This document shows, in pieces, positions 48,502-56,975 of a DNA stretch of 64,000 nt. Position 1 is the first letter of the stretch, and each line of letters begins with the position of its first letter. The notes beneath the pieces were generated by a model, which was given only the letters and a program-made list of their open reading frames with translations, did not search any database and was not told the DNA's origin. A program made the position numbers and the translations under genes. This DNA is from Syntrophorhabdaceae bacterium. GTDB taxonomy: Bacteria; Desulfobacterota; Syntrophorhabdia; Syntrophorhabdales; Syntrophorhabdaceae. The stretch is taken from contig OY762209.1 in NCBI GenBank assembly GCA_963665295.1, positions 64,001-128,000 of the forward strand, written 5' to 3'.

Positions 48502-49290
48502 TTATTTTCCTTTGAATACGGGCTTTCTTTTTTCTATGAAAGCCTGTATGCCTTCCTTCCCGTCTTCTGTGGTACACAATTGCCCGGCAAGGTTCGATTC
48601 CAGCGCCAACCCGTCGGAAAGGGGCAGATAGGCTCCGCTGTTGATTGCCTCCATGGCGAGCTTGATCGAAATGGGCGCATTTTTGATGATTCTTCTCAAA
48701 AAGTGCTCCGATTCCGCGATCAAGTCTGTTGCGGGGACTACCTTGCTTACCAGCCCTATCTTCAATGCTTCATCGGCGCTTATGGTCTCCCCCGTGAGCA
48801 CGAGTTCCATGGCCTTCGTTTTACCGACAATTTGTATAATTCGTTGTGTACCGCCCCAGCCCGGCATTATGCCTACCGATATTTCGGGTAGGCCGAGCCT
48901 TATTTTTTCCGCGGCGATCCTGAACGTACAGGCAAGGGCCAGTTCCAGACCGCCACCCATGGCCATCCCGTTCAGGGCCGCCACAGACGGCTTTCCCAAA
49001 TTCTCAAGGTTCCGCAGCGCGATTTGTCCGTACCGGGACCATTCACGGCCTCCAAGGGCCCTTTGGCTTTCTTCTACAAAAACATTGATGTCCGCACCAG
49101 GACTGAACGACTTGTCTCCCGCTCCGGTAACTATGACCGCACGGCAGTCCGGGTCTTCCTTCCATTTTGACAGGACCTCCACAAGTTCGATGAGGCACTC
49201 CTTGTTGAGGGCATTGAGGAACTTGGGACGATTGATGGTCACATAACCTATGTTGTGTGTCAGTTCGTACAGTATGTTGGCGTCTCCCAT
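48502..49290 (-). CDS. Enoyl-CoA hydratase (crotonase)
   Basis: GADI, GGGLELALAC, GLPE, GWGGTQR. Confidence 0.94.
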   Translation of the reverse strand: MGDANILYELTHNIGYVTINRPKFLNALNKECLIELVEVLSKWKEDPDCRAVIVTGAGDKSFSPGADINVFVEESQRALGGREWSRYGQIALRNLENLGKPSVAALNGMAMGGGLELALACTFRIAAEKIRLGLPEISVGIMPGWGGTQRIIQIVGKTKAMELVLTGETISADEALKIGLVSKVVPATDLIAESEHFLRRIIKNAPISIKLAMEAINSGAYLPLSDGLALESNLAGQLCTTEDGKEGIQAFIEKRKPVFKGK

Positions 49291-49320
49291 TTCCGGCTCC
49301 TTTGCGTTTCTCTTCTCTGA

Positions 49321-50202
49321 TTAGAGGTCCATCGGTTTCGGGTTCTTGGGGTCCGACCAGTCATAGAATCCTTTTCCTGCCTTGAGGCCCAGGGAACCCA
49401 GGGTGACCATGCGCTTCATAAGAGGAAGCGGGGCATAGCGTTTTTCCTTATATTCCTCAAAGAGACTCTTTGCGCCGTTCACGAGCACATCCAGGCCTAT
49501 GAAATCAGCGAGCATAAGGGGGCCCATGGGATGATTGCATCCCAGCTTCATGGAAGCATCGATGTCCGCCACAGAAGCGACGCCGTCCTGTAATGCCCTT
49601 ATCGCGTCGAGCAAGAAGGGGGTGAGCAGGAGGTTGACGATGAAGCCCGCATTGTCTTTTGCAACCACCGGCGTCTTCTTGAGGGATTTGACAAAAGCGA
49701 AGGCCGTGTCAAATACTTCCGGTTCCGTGCGAATGGTCTTTATCACTTCTACCAGGGGCATGACCGTGGCGGGGTTGAAAAAATGAAGTCCTATGAACTT
49801 GTCTTGTCTCGATGTATTCGCGGCAATATCGCTGACCGACAAGGATGACGTGTTGGTGGCAAGAATCGTTTCCGGTCCGCAAAGCGTATCGAGCTTCTTG
49901 AAAACGTCGAGCTTGAGCGACATAACTTCCGGGACAGCTTCAATGATCAGGTCGCACCCGGACAACTCCTGGAGGTCCGTTACACCCGTCAGTCTATGCA
50001 ATGCGCTTTCCTTGTCTTCGACGCTGAGCGCGCCCTTGGCCGCCGCCTTCTCGATGGCGCCTTTCACTCTGCCAAGGCCTTTTTGCAGGAATTCGTCGTT
50101 TATTTCGTGGGCTACCACTTCATACCCTGCCTGAAGTCCGAGTTGAACAATACCTGCGCCCATGGCGCCGCAACCTACCACACCAATTCTTTTAACGGCC
50201 AC
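49321..50202 (-). CDS. 3-hydroxyacyl-CoA dehydrogenase
   Basis: GCGAMGAG, EAVPE, NTSS, HFFNP, HPMGPL. Confidence 0.95.
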   Translation of the reverse strand: MAVKRIGVVGCGAMGAGIVQLGLQAGYEVVAHEINDEFLQKGLGRVKGAIEKAAAKGALSVEDKESALHRLTGVTDLQELSGCDLIIEAVPEVMSLKLDVFKKLDTLCGPETILATNTSSLSVSDIAANTSRQDKFIGLHFFNPATVMPLVEVIKTIRTEPEVFDTAFAFVKSLKKTPVVAKDNAGFIVNLLLTPFLLDAIRALQDGVASVADIDASMKLGCNHPMGPLMLADFIGLDVLVNGAKSLFEEYKEKRYAPLPLMKRMVTLGSLGLKAGKGFYDWSDPKNPKPMDL

Positions 50203-50275
50203 CTGCTCCTCCTTTGAGGGCTCTTTCGCCTCGCCCTCCAAATATGATTTTCTCTCCAGCCTATCAGCTTTAGTT

Positions 50276-50363
50276 TACTAACCAGTTACTTATAACCCGG
50301 TCGTAAAAACCGGAGTAAACCCCCATGTGCTGCCCATCCATTCTAGTTACTAACCCCTTAGTA
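50276..50363. promoter_or_regulatory. Two TetR-type operators upstream of the beta-oxidation operon
   Basis: TACTAACCAGTTACTT 50276-50291 and TACTAACCCCTTAGTA 50348-50363. Confidence 0.65.
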
Positions 50364-50437
50364 ATCATCGGGCCATTTATTTTTTGGCGCGCTCACAAAA
50401 TCGCGAATATCAACCTATGCAATGGTTGAGTCCGGTA

Positions 50438-51037
50438 TTACTTCAGGATGCCGCTCAGGGTAATGTCCCTGTATGCGAGGGCGAATTTGGCCCCGTCGAT
50501 CTCGTCGGCATTGGCGTACCACTCAATAAGGGCGCCATCGTGTATCGCGTTGATGACGTGCACCGCAAGATCGATGTCGAGCTTGTCTTTGATCACGCCT
50601 TCCTTCTTTCCCAGTTCCAGCAGTTCTCTGTAAAAGCTCCGGTATCTGGCCTTTATGGCCTTGATCTTCGTCTCGATCTTCGTCCCGCTGCCCACCATCT
50701 CGGCGCTGATGGTCATGAAACCGACGCAGAGATCCCTGTTATTGTAGGCGAAGTCACTGGCCCACTTATGGGTATATTTCATTTTGTGAAGAAAGTCGCC
50801 TTTCGAATCCCGCACAGCCTTAATGATGGGATCGAGGAACAGGGACTCGTATCTGTCCACAATCGTCTCCAGAAGTTGACCCTTGCTCTCGAAGTGAAGG
50901 TAGAACGCCGCTTTGCTGACGGAGGTGGCGTCGGTGATGTCTTCGACCCTTGTAGCATTGTAGCCCTTCTGGAGGATAAGCTTTATGCTCTTATCGATTA
51001 TCTCTTCTTTCAGCGGTGTTTTCTGGTTTCGCGTCAT
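50438..51037 (-). CDS. TetR/AcrR family regulator
   Basis: KGYNATRVEDITDATSVSKAAFYLHFESK. Confidence 0.93.
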   Translation of the reverse strand: MTRNQKTPLKEEIIDKSIKLILQKGYNATRVEDITDATSVSKAAFYLHFESKGQLLETIVDRYESLFLDPIIKAVRDSKGDFLHKMKYTHKWASDFAYNNRDLCVGFMTISAEMVGSGTKIETKIKAIKARYRSFYRELLELGKKEGVIKDKLDIDLAVHVINAIHDGALIEWYANADEIDGAKFALAYRDITLSGILK

Positions 51038-51057
51038 ATCCTTTTCCTGCCATCTCG

Positions 51058-51296
51058 TACTGACTGGTTAGTAAGTATGTTCTTATATAATCATATAGTA
51101 ACTTCTTTGTCAACAACAAAATATGTAAATTATCACCTTACGATCTTCTTGCCATCCCATTTTTTCGTTTATAATGAGGCAGGAGAGACGTTTTGCCGCA
51201 AACTGCGGGTCTATTCCCGACCTGCCCTGAAAGTTTTTCCTTGACAATTTTTGGAGCGCGGTGTTAATCTTGACAACGCATACCAAACGATTAGTA
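51058..51296. promoter_or_regulatory. Divergent promoters with operators between two TetR genes
   Basis: TACTGACTGGTTAGTA 51058-51073; TTGACA on both strands (51113-51108, 51270-51275); TACCAAACGATTAGTA 51281-51296. Confidence 0.65.
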
Positions 51297-51319
51297 CGAG
51301 TAAAATGATGCCCCACACC

Positions 51320-51931
51320 ATGGAAAACACTAAAGAGAAAATAATTGAAGAGGCGACAAAGCTCTTTGTCCGGAAGAGTTTCAAGGGGACCTCCATACAG
51401 GATATTACTGATGCCGTTCATGTGACCAAGGGTGCCTTTTACTGGCATTTCAAGAGCAAGGATGCGTTGTTGGATACGATCATCGATGAATACGAAAGGG
51501 TCGCCGTGGATCAGGTCATCGTGGAACTGGGGCAGGGTCAGGGCAGCTTCACCGAGAAATACAGGCAGTTTCACAAGATTACAACGGAGTTTGCATTTAA
51601 ATACCGGGACTTTTGTGTGGGGTTCATGACGCTTGCCGCCGAGCTGATGGGAAGCGAAACGCACCATCAGCGAAGAATACTCGCGATCTACGCCAAGCTC
51701 CTTCATTTCTTCGAAAGCCTCATAGAGCAAGGGAAGCGCGAGGGTAGTGTGGGAAAAGATGTGGATAGCGAAATGACCGCCCATTTTGTGAACGCCATTC
51801 AGAACGGCATGCTTCTCGAATGGTACATGTTCTATAAAGGTATGGACCGGGCGCCGACATTAGCCAGGGCATACAGGCAGATCACAGTACAGGGCATCGT
51901 TGCGGACGAAGGGCCGGGCGGAGAGACATGA
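51320..51931 (+). CDS. TetR/AcrR family regulator
   Basis: TKEKIIEEA..LF..KSFKGTSIQDI....VTKGAFYWHFKSK. Confidence 0.93.
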   Translation: MENTKEKIIEEATKLFVRKSFKGTSIQDITDAVHVTKGAFYWHFKSKDALLDTIIDEYERVAVDQVIVELGQGQGSFTEKYRQFHKITTEFAFKYRDFCVGFMTLAAELMGSETHHQRRILAIYAKLLHFFESLIEQGKREGSVGKDVDSEMTAHFVNAIQNGMLLEWYMFYKGMDRAPTLARAYRQITVQGIVADEGPGGET

Positions 51932-52018
51932 TTCGCTGATCGTCGAAATTACCGCTTGCCCGGCGTTCTGTCTCAATCATGCCCCGGCCGGGATCAGACT
52001 CTATTGCATGATGAAGCC

Positions 52019-55000
52019 CTACTTCCTCTGTGTCAGGGTAAAGGTCTTGTTTTTCGAGGGGGTCAGGGTCAGGTACGTCCTGATCTTCCCGGCTCTCTGT
52101 TTTTTTGTCGTGTTCTCCGGGACATCATAGGTAACGGACCCGTTACCGTCCCCCCCGGTCCCCGTAGAGATGCTGAGCCATTGGCCTCCTGAAGTCACCT
52201 CCGCGGTCCACGCACAACCTGCGAGAGAGGTCACGGAGAATGACGCGGAGTGGGGCGACGAGTCAACGGTGTTGCTCGACGGGGATATGGCAAGGGTGCA
52301 GGGCGCTCCTGCCTGGGCAACGGGGAAGGCGGTCCCTCCAATGGTTACAGTCCCGCTTCTCGTGGATGTCATGGTGTTTTTGAGCACCGCGACCCTCACT
52401 GAACCCTTGTTGTTCCCGAATGAAGTCAGCTTCGCTGCTATCCATGTATCGGATGCGGTAACATCCGGACTGCTGCAGCCCGGAGCCCCACCGGCGGTCA
52501 CCCGGACGGTCACGTTTCCTGTGTTGTAAGAGAAGGATTTACTCGCGGGCGCGAGGCCATAGCTGCAAATATTGGAGGCCACAAAGGTGGCGGCCACGGT
52601 CTTGTCCGATTTCATGGCAACCTGACACGTGACGCCGGTGGCTTTGTCGCATCCCGTCCAGCCCGTAAAGGTGGAGCCGGCGTTCGGCGTCGCGGTTATT
52701 CGGACGGCAGTGCCATAGTTGTACTCTCCGGTACAGGAATTCCCCGTGCATGTCAGCCCTTTTGCGGAAACCGTTCCACTCGCGGGATCACTATTTGTCA
52801 CGGTCAGTGTTTCGGTGTCGAGGGTAAACACGGCGGTTACGCTTTTCGCGGCGGTCATGGTCACCGCGCACGCACCGGTTCCTGTGCAGGCCCCGGTCCA
52901 GCCCGTAAAGGTGGAGCCGGCGCCGGGTGTTGCCGTGAGGGTTACGACGGCGCCTTGTGCAAAATTGGCGGAGCAGGTAGACCCGCAGTTGATACCCTTG
53001 GGCACACTTACCACAGTACCCGTGCCCTTGCCGCCCCCTGGTTTTGAGACGGAAAGGGTAAAAGTACTCAGAAAACCGCTGAACTTGGCGATGAAGGCGT
53101 CGGAGCCCCAGGCGTTTGCCCCCTGGAATGGATTTCTGATAGGAAAATCTATGGAAAAAGTCTCTCCTGCCACATAGGCGTTGCCTGAGGAATCGATGGC
53201 CATGGCATTGGCCGCGTCATTAGCGCTCCCGCCCAGGTAGGTAGAATAGACGAGGGTATTGCCTGCGGGGCCGAGCTTGGCGATAAAGGCATCACAACCC
53301 CCGGCGTTTCCCGCCTGCAACGGGTTCACTGTGGGAAAGTTGGTGGAAAAAGTCGCCCCTGTCACCACGGCATTGCCCGAGGAATCGAGGGCCATGGCGA
53401 AGGCCAGGTCATTGCTGCTCCCGCCCAGGTAGGTGGAGTATATAAGGGTATTGCCTGCGGGACCGAGCTTGGCGATGAAGGCGTCCGAGCCCCCGGCGTT
53501 TGCCGCCTGGAAGGGGTTCGCTGTCGGAAAGTTGGTGGAAAAGGTCTCCCCGGCCACGAGGGCATTACCTGAAGAATCGAGGTCCATGGCGAAGGCCAGG
53601 TCATTGCTGCTCCCGCCCAGGTAGGTGGAGTATATAAGGGTATTGCCTGCGGGACCGAGCTTGGCGATGAAGGCGTCCGAGCCCCCGGCGTTTGCCGCCT
53701 GGAAGGGGTTCACCCTCGGAAAGTTAGTGGAAAAGGTCTCCCCGGCCACCACGGCATTACCCGAAGAATCGAGGGCCACGGCGAAGGCCAGATCATGGGC
53801 GCTCCCGCCCAGGTAGGTGGAGTATATAAGGGTATTGCCCGTAGGGCCGAGCTTGGCGATGAAGGCGTCGTTACCCCCGAAGTTTGCCGCCTGAACCGGG
53901 TTCCTCGTGGGGAAGTTCGTGGAAAGGGTCTGTCCCGCCACATAGGCGTTGCCCGAGGAGTCAACGGCGATGGCATTGGCCCCGTCGCTGCTGCTCCCGC
54001 CCAGGTAGGTGGAGTATATGAGGGTATTGCCCGTAGGGCCGAGCTTGGCGATGAAGGCGTCGTTACCCCCGAAGTTTGCCGCCTGAACCGGGTTCCTCGT
54101 GGGGAAGTTCGTGGAAAGGGTCTGTCCTGCCACATAGGCGTTGCCTGAGGAATCAATGGCGATGGCATTGGCGGAATCGTCCGAAGTTCCCCCCAGGTAG
54201 GTGGAATAGACGACGGCAGTACCGGCGGGGTTGAGTTTGGTGACAAAGGCGTCGCCAACCACGATGCCACCGGCGAATGTCCTCTGGAAAGCGTTCCACA
54301 CAGGAAAATCTATGGAAAAGGTGGCCCCTGCCACGTAAACGCTCCCCGAAGAATCGACGGCGACGGCGTAGGCTGAATCATTACTGCTCCCTCCGAGGTA
54401 GGTAGAGTAGACGAGGGCCGGGTCGATCACCAACGGGCGGTTCCTGTCATAGGCGCCGATCTCGAAGCCATAGGTAGCGGCGTCGAGGAGCACGAACCTG
54501 CCCGGGACCTCCGTCTTTTTCCCGTGGGCGCTCTGGTAAATCATGGGCTTCTTCTGAAAAATGGAACCTCCTTTCAGGGTGACCTCGAGTTCGCCCCCGG
54601 AGGTGAGGGAAAGCTTCTCTATGCCTTTGTAGGAGAATCGTATCCTTGAGGGATCGCCATGGGGAGCAACGATGATGTCATATTCAAGTTCGTCGCCGGA
54701 GCCGTAAAACTTTATGTCCACGCCGGGGTAGACGCCCCTGTAACGAATGGCGCCGTAGGTGGGGATATCGGTCTTCCAGTTCATCGGGTCCCCGCCGATA
54801 AAGTAGTTGACCTTGCCTTCCCTTTTATCGAGGGCTTCCACAGCAAAGGAAGAGGCATCGAGGGGGGTGAGGGTTACGATCTCCTGTGACCCGTGTCCCT
54901 TTATCTTCCCTGATCTTGCGAGAGAAAGAGAGATGCCTGTACGGGTGAATGCCGTGGCATGGCCGCTTCCCTGTTCATAGAAGACGACAGCCTTGTGCTT

Positions 55001-55132
55001 TTGTCCTTCGTTTCTTATAAACGAAAGGGGAAGCTTCAATTGGGAGACAGGACGCCGGGTTATGTCGGCCATGACAGTACCCGTACATAGAAGAAGAGAA
55101 ATAACGACGAAGAAAGTAACCTTACGTATCAT
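52019..55132 (-). CDS. Secreted SBBP-repeat beta-propeller surface protein with InlB-B-like and BACON-like C-terminal domains
   Basis: Signal peptide; F..NEGQ...NYFIG...YPGVD...EYD...LVIDP N-domain; seven YSTYLGGS repeats; Cys-rich GSTFTGW repeats; W...RSGTVTIG motifs. Confidence 0.88.
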   Translation of the reverse strand: MIRKVTFFVVISLLLCTGTVMADITRRPVSQLKLPLSFIRNEGQKHKAVVFYEQGSGHATAFTRTGISLSLARSGKIKGHGSQEIVTLTPLDASSFAVEALDKREGKVNYFIGGDPMNWKTDIPTYGAIRYRGVYPGVDIKFYGSGDELEYDIIVAPHGDPSRIRFSYKGIEKLSLTSGGELEVTLKGGSIFQKKPMIYQSAHGKKTEVPGRFVLLDAATYGFEIGAYDRNRPLVIDPALVYSTYLGGSSNDSAYAVAVDSSGSVYVAGATFSIDFPVWNAFQRTFAGGIVVGDAFVTKLNPAGTAVVYSTYLGGTSDDSANAIAIDSSGNAYVAGQTLSTNFPTRNPVQAANFGGNDAFIAKLGPTGNTLIYSTYLGGSSSDGANAIAVDSSGNAYVAGQTLSTNFPTRNPVQAANFGGNDAFIAKLGPTGNTLIYSTYLGGSAHDLAFAVALDSSGNAVVAGETFSTNFPRVNPFQAANAGGSDAFIAKLGPAGNTLIYSTYLGGSSNDLAFAMDLDSSGNALVAGETFSTNFPTANPFQAANAGGSDAFIAKLGPAGNTLIYSTYLGGSSNDLAFAMALDSSGNAVVTGATFSTNFPTVNPLQAGNAGGCDAFIAKLGPAGNTLVYSTYLGGSANDAANAMAIDSSGNAYVAGETFSIDFPIRNPFQGANAWGSDAFIAKFSGFLSTFTLSVSKPGGGKGTGTVVSVPKGINCGSTCSANFAQGAVVTLTATPGAGSTFTGWTGACTGTGACAVTMTAAKSVTAVFTLDTETLTVTNSDPASGTVSAKGLTCTGNSCTGEYNYGTAVRITATPNAGSTFTGWTGCDKATGVTCQVAMKSDKTVAATFVASNICSYGLAPASKSFSYNTGNVTVRVTAGGAPGCSSPDVTASDTWIAAKLTSFGNNKGSVRVAVLKNTMTSTRSGTVTIGGTAFPVAQAGAPCTLAISPSSNTVDSSPHSASFSVTSLAGCAWTAEVTSGGQWLSISTGTGGDGNGSVTYDVPENTTKKQRAGKIRTYLTLTPSKNKTFTLTQRK
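53085..54415 (-). repeat. Seven intragenic 192-bp tandem repeats
   Basis: AGGTAGGT anchor at 53235, 53427, 53619, 53811, 54003, 54195 and 54396. Confidence 0.9.
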
Positions 55133-55307
55133 GTCGTCCCCGCGTGCGCAATGTGTTATTTACCCGAATTATACCACACATGTCGCGGTAACACATAATT
55201 TCCACGCCCGGCGACCGGTGCGGGACGCCCAGGAGCCCTAAAACAAGATCGAGAATCACCGGGGCAGGCATAGAGAAGTTCCCGGTCCGATCCCGGCCGA
55301 GTGTGTG

Positions 55308-55337
55308 GCAGGCCGGGATATCATGGTCCCGGCCTGC
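55308..55337. terminator. Hairpin downstream of the CoA ligase
   Basis: GCAGGCCGGGA-N8-TCCCGGCCTGC. Confidence 0.5.
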
Positions 55338-55390
55338 TTGATAGTGGGGGGGGTTATTCCGTTATTGCGCGTCGGGCTTCGACCGCTCCG

Positions 55391-56962
55391 TTACGCAGCG
55401 TATTGCTTACGCAACTGATGCTTGAGGATCTTGCCGCTCGCGTTACGGGGGAGTTCGGAAACGAAATGAACGACCTTGGGCACCTTGTAGCCTGCGATCT
55501 TGCCTTTGCAGAACCTGATGATGTCCTGGTCGGTGATCTGGTCCCCATTGCTGAGGGTAACCACAACCGCGATCGCTTCGCCCCAGACGGGATGAGGGAC
55601 CCCGATGGCGGAGCATTCCCTTACACCCGGATGTTGATTGACTACCTGCTCTATCTCCAGGGGATATACGTTCTCCCCGCCGGTAATGATCATATCCTTT
55701 TTGCGGTCGATCACGTAGATGAAGCCCTGCTCGTCAATCTCGCAGATGTCTTCCGTATAGAACCAGCCGTTCTTGTAGGCTGCTTTGGTCTGTTCTTCCT
55801 TTTTCCAATAGCCCTTGGTAAGACCGAGTCCTCTCGACCTCATCTCTCCCGTGCCTTTGGTGACTATGTTGTCGTTGCTGTCCACAATCTGTGTTTCCGC
55901 ATCATAGGAAGCCTTGCCGCACGAGGCGAGGACCCGTTCATTCCCCTTTGCAAGCTCTTCGGCGATCTCTTTTCTTGAAAGGAGCGTGGTGCAACCGGTG
56001 GTTTCCGTCGTCCCCATATGCTGGGCCGGAATGCGGCCTACCTTGTCGATGAATTCTCTGTAGACCGACGGTATGATGCCCGCCCCTGCGAACCACAGCT
56101 TTTGCAGGCTCGAATAGTCGTATTTTTTGATTGCGTCGTAGGCGTCGAGTATCATCCGCACCATGGGGGTGGCGAGCATGCCCGCGGAGAGCTTGTAGTC
56201 TTCCGCTGCTTTGAACAGCGTTTCGGGGTCGAACTTCTGAAACAGAATGTTCGGCGCGCCCACGTAGAAGGTGCCGAAGAAGGAGGTATAGGCTGTGGCA
56301 TGATACATGGGGCACACGGTGAAGCCTACATCTTCAGGCCTTATGTCGTGGTGGAGGGCGGTAGTCCGGGCGTTGTGATAATGGTTCAGGTGGGTCTGCA
56401 TCACGCCCTTCGGGAGGCCCGTGGTGCCGCTCGTATACATGAAGAAGGCGCCGTCATCCTCTTCGACTGCCGCCTTCACTTCATCCGTCGACGCAGCTCC
56501 CACAAATTCCTCATAGAGGAGCCAGCCCTCGGGTTTCTGCTCCTTCGGTCCTATGAAGATGAAATGCTTAAGGGAAGGTACCCCCTCTTTCAACTGGTCC
56601 GCAAACTGAGCATACTGTGCGTCGAGGAACAATGCCTTCGATTCGGCGTCATTCATCACCCCAAGCACTTCCGGCAGGGCGAGTCTGAAATTGAGGGGCA
56701 CAAAGGTGAACCCCGCCGCTGGTATGGCGTTGAACAGTTCCGCGTATTCGAAGCTGTTCTGGCTCAACATGGAGACACGGTCCCCTTTCTGCAAGCCGAG
56801 ATCGTACAGAGCATTGCCTATCTGGTTTACCCTGTCCCATAATTCTTTGAATGTCCAGGCCTTTCCCCGTTCATATTCCTTCATGGCAAGTTTCCCCGGG
56901 AGAAGGGCCGCGTTTCTTTTGATCAGTTGCCTCATTGTCTGAAAGGTTCTATCTGCGCTCAT
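55391..56962 (-). CDS. AMP-forming acyl-CoA synthetase
   Basis: YTSGTTGLPKG, MGTTE, DRKKDMIITGGENVYP, PRNASGKILK. Confidence 0.95.
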   Translation of the reverse strand: MSADRTFQTMRQLIKRNAALLPGKLAMKEYERGKAWTFKELWDRVNQIGNALYDLGLQKGDRVSMLSQNSFEYAELFNAIPAAGFTFVPLNFRLALPEVLGVMNDAESKALFLDAQYAQFADQLKEGVPSLKHFIFIGPKEQKPEGWLLYEEFVGAASTDEVKAAVEEDDGAFFMYTSGTTGLPKGVMQTHLNHYHNARTTALHHDIRPEDVGFTVCPMYHATAYTSFFGTFYVGAPNILFQKFDPETLFKAAEDYKLSAGMLATPMVRMILDAYDAIKKYDYSSLQKLWFAGAGIIPSVYREFIDKVGRIPAQHMGTTETTGCTTLLSRKEIAEELAKGNERVLASCGKASYDAETQIVDSNDNIVTKGTGEMRSRGLGLTKGYWKKEEQTKAAYKNGWFYTEDICEIDEQGFIYVIDRKKDMIITGGENVYPLEIEQVVNQHPGVRECSAIGVPHPVWGEAIAVVVTLSNGDQITDQDIIRFCKGKIAGYKVPKVVHFVSELPRNASGKILKHQLRKQYAA

Positions 56963-56975
56963 GTAATACCTCCTG

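Noticed and set aside
53085..54415. CRISPR-like regular repeat
   Set aside because: The 192-bp in-frame coding repeats have no unique spacers, and there are no cas genes.
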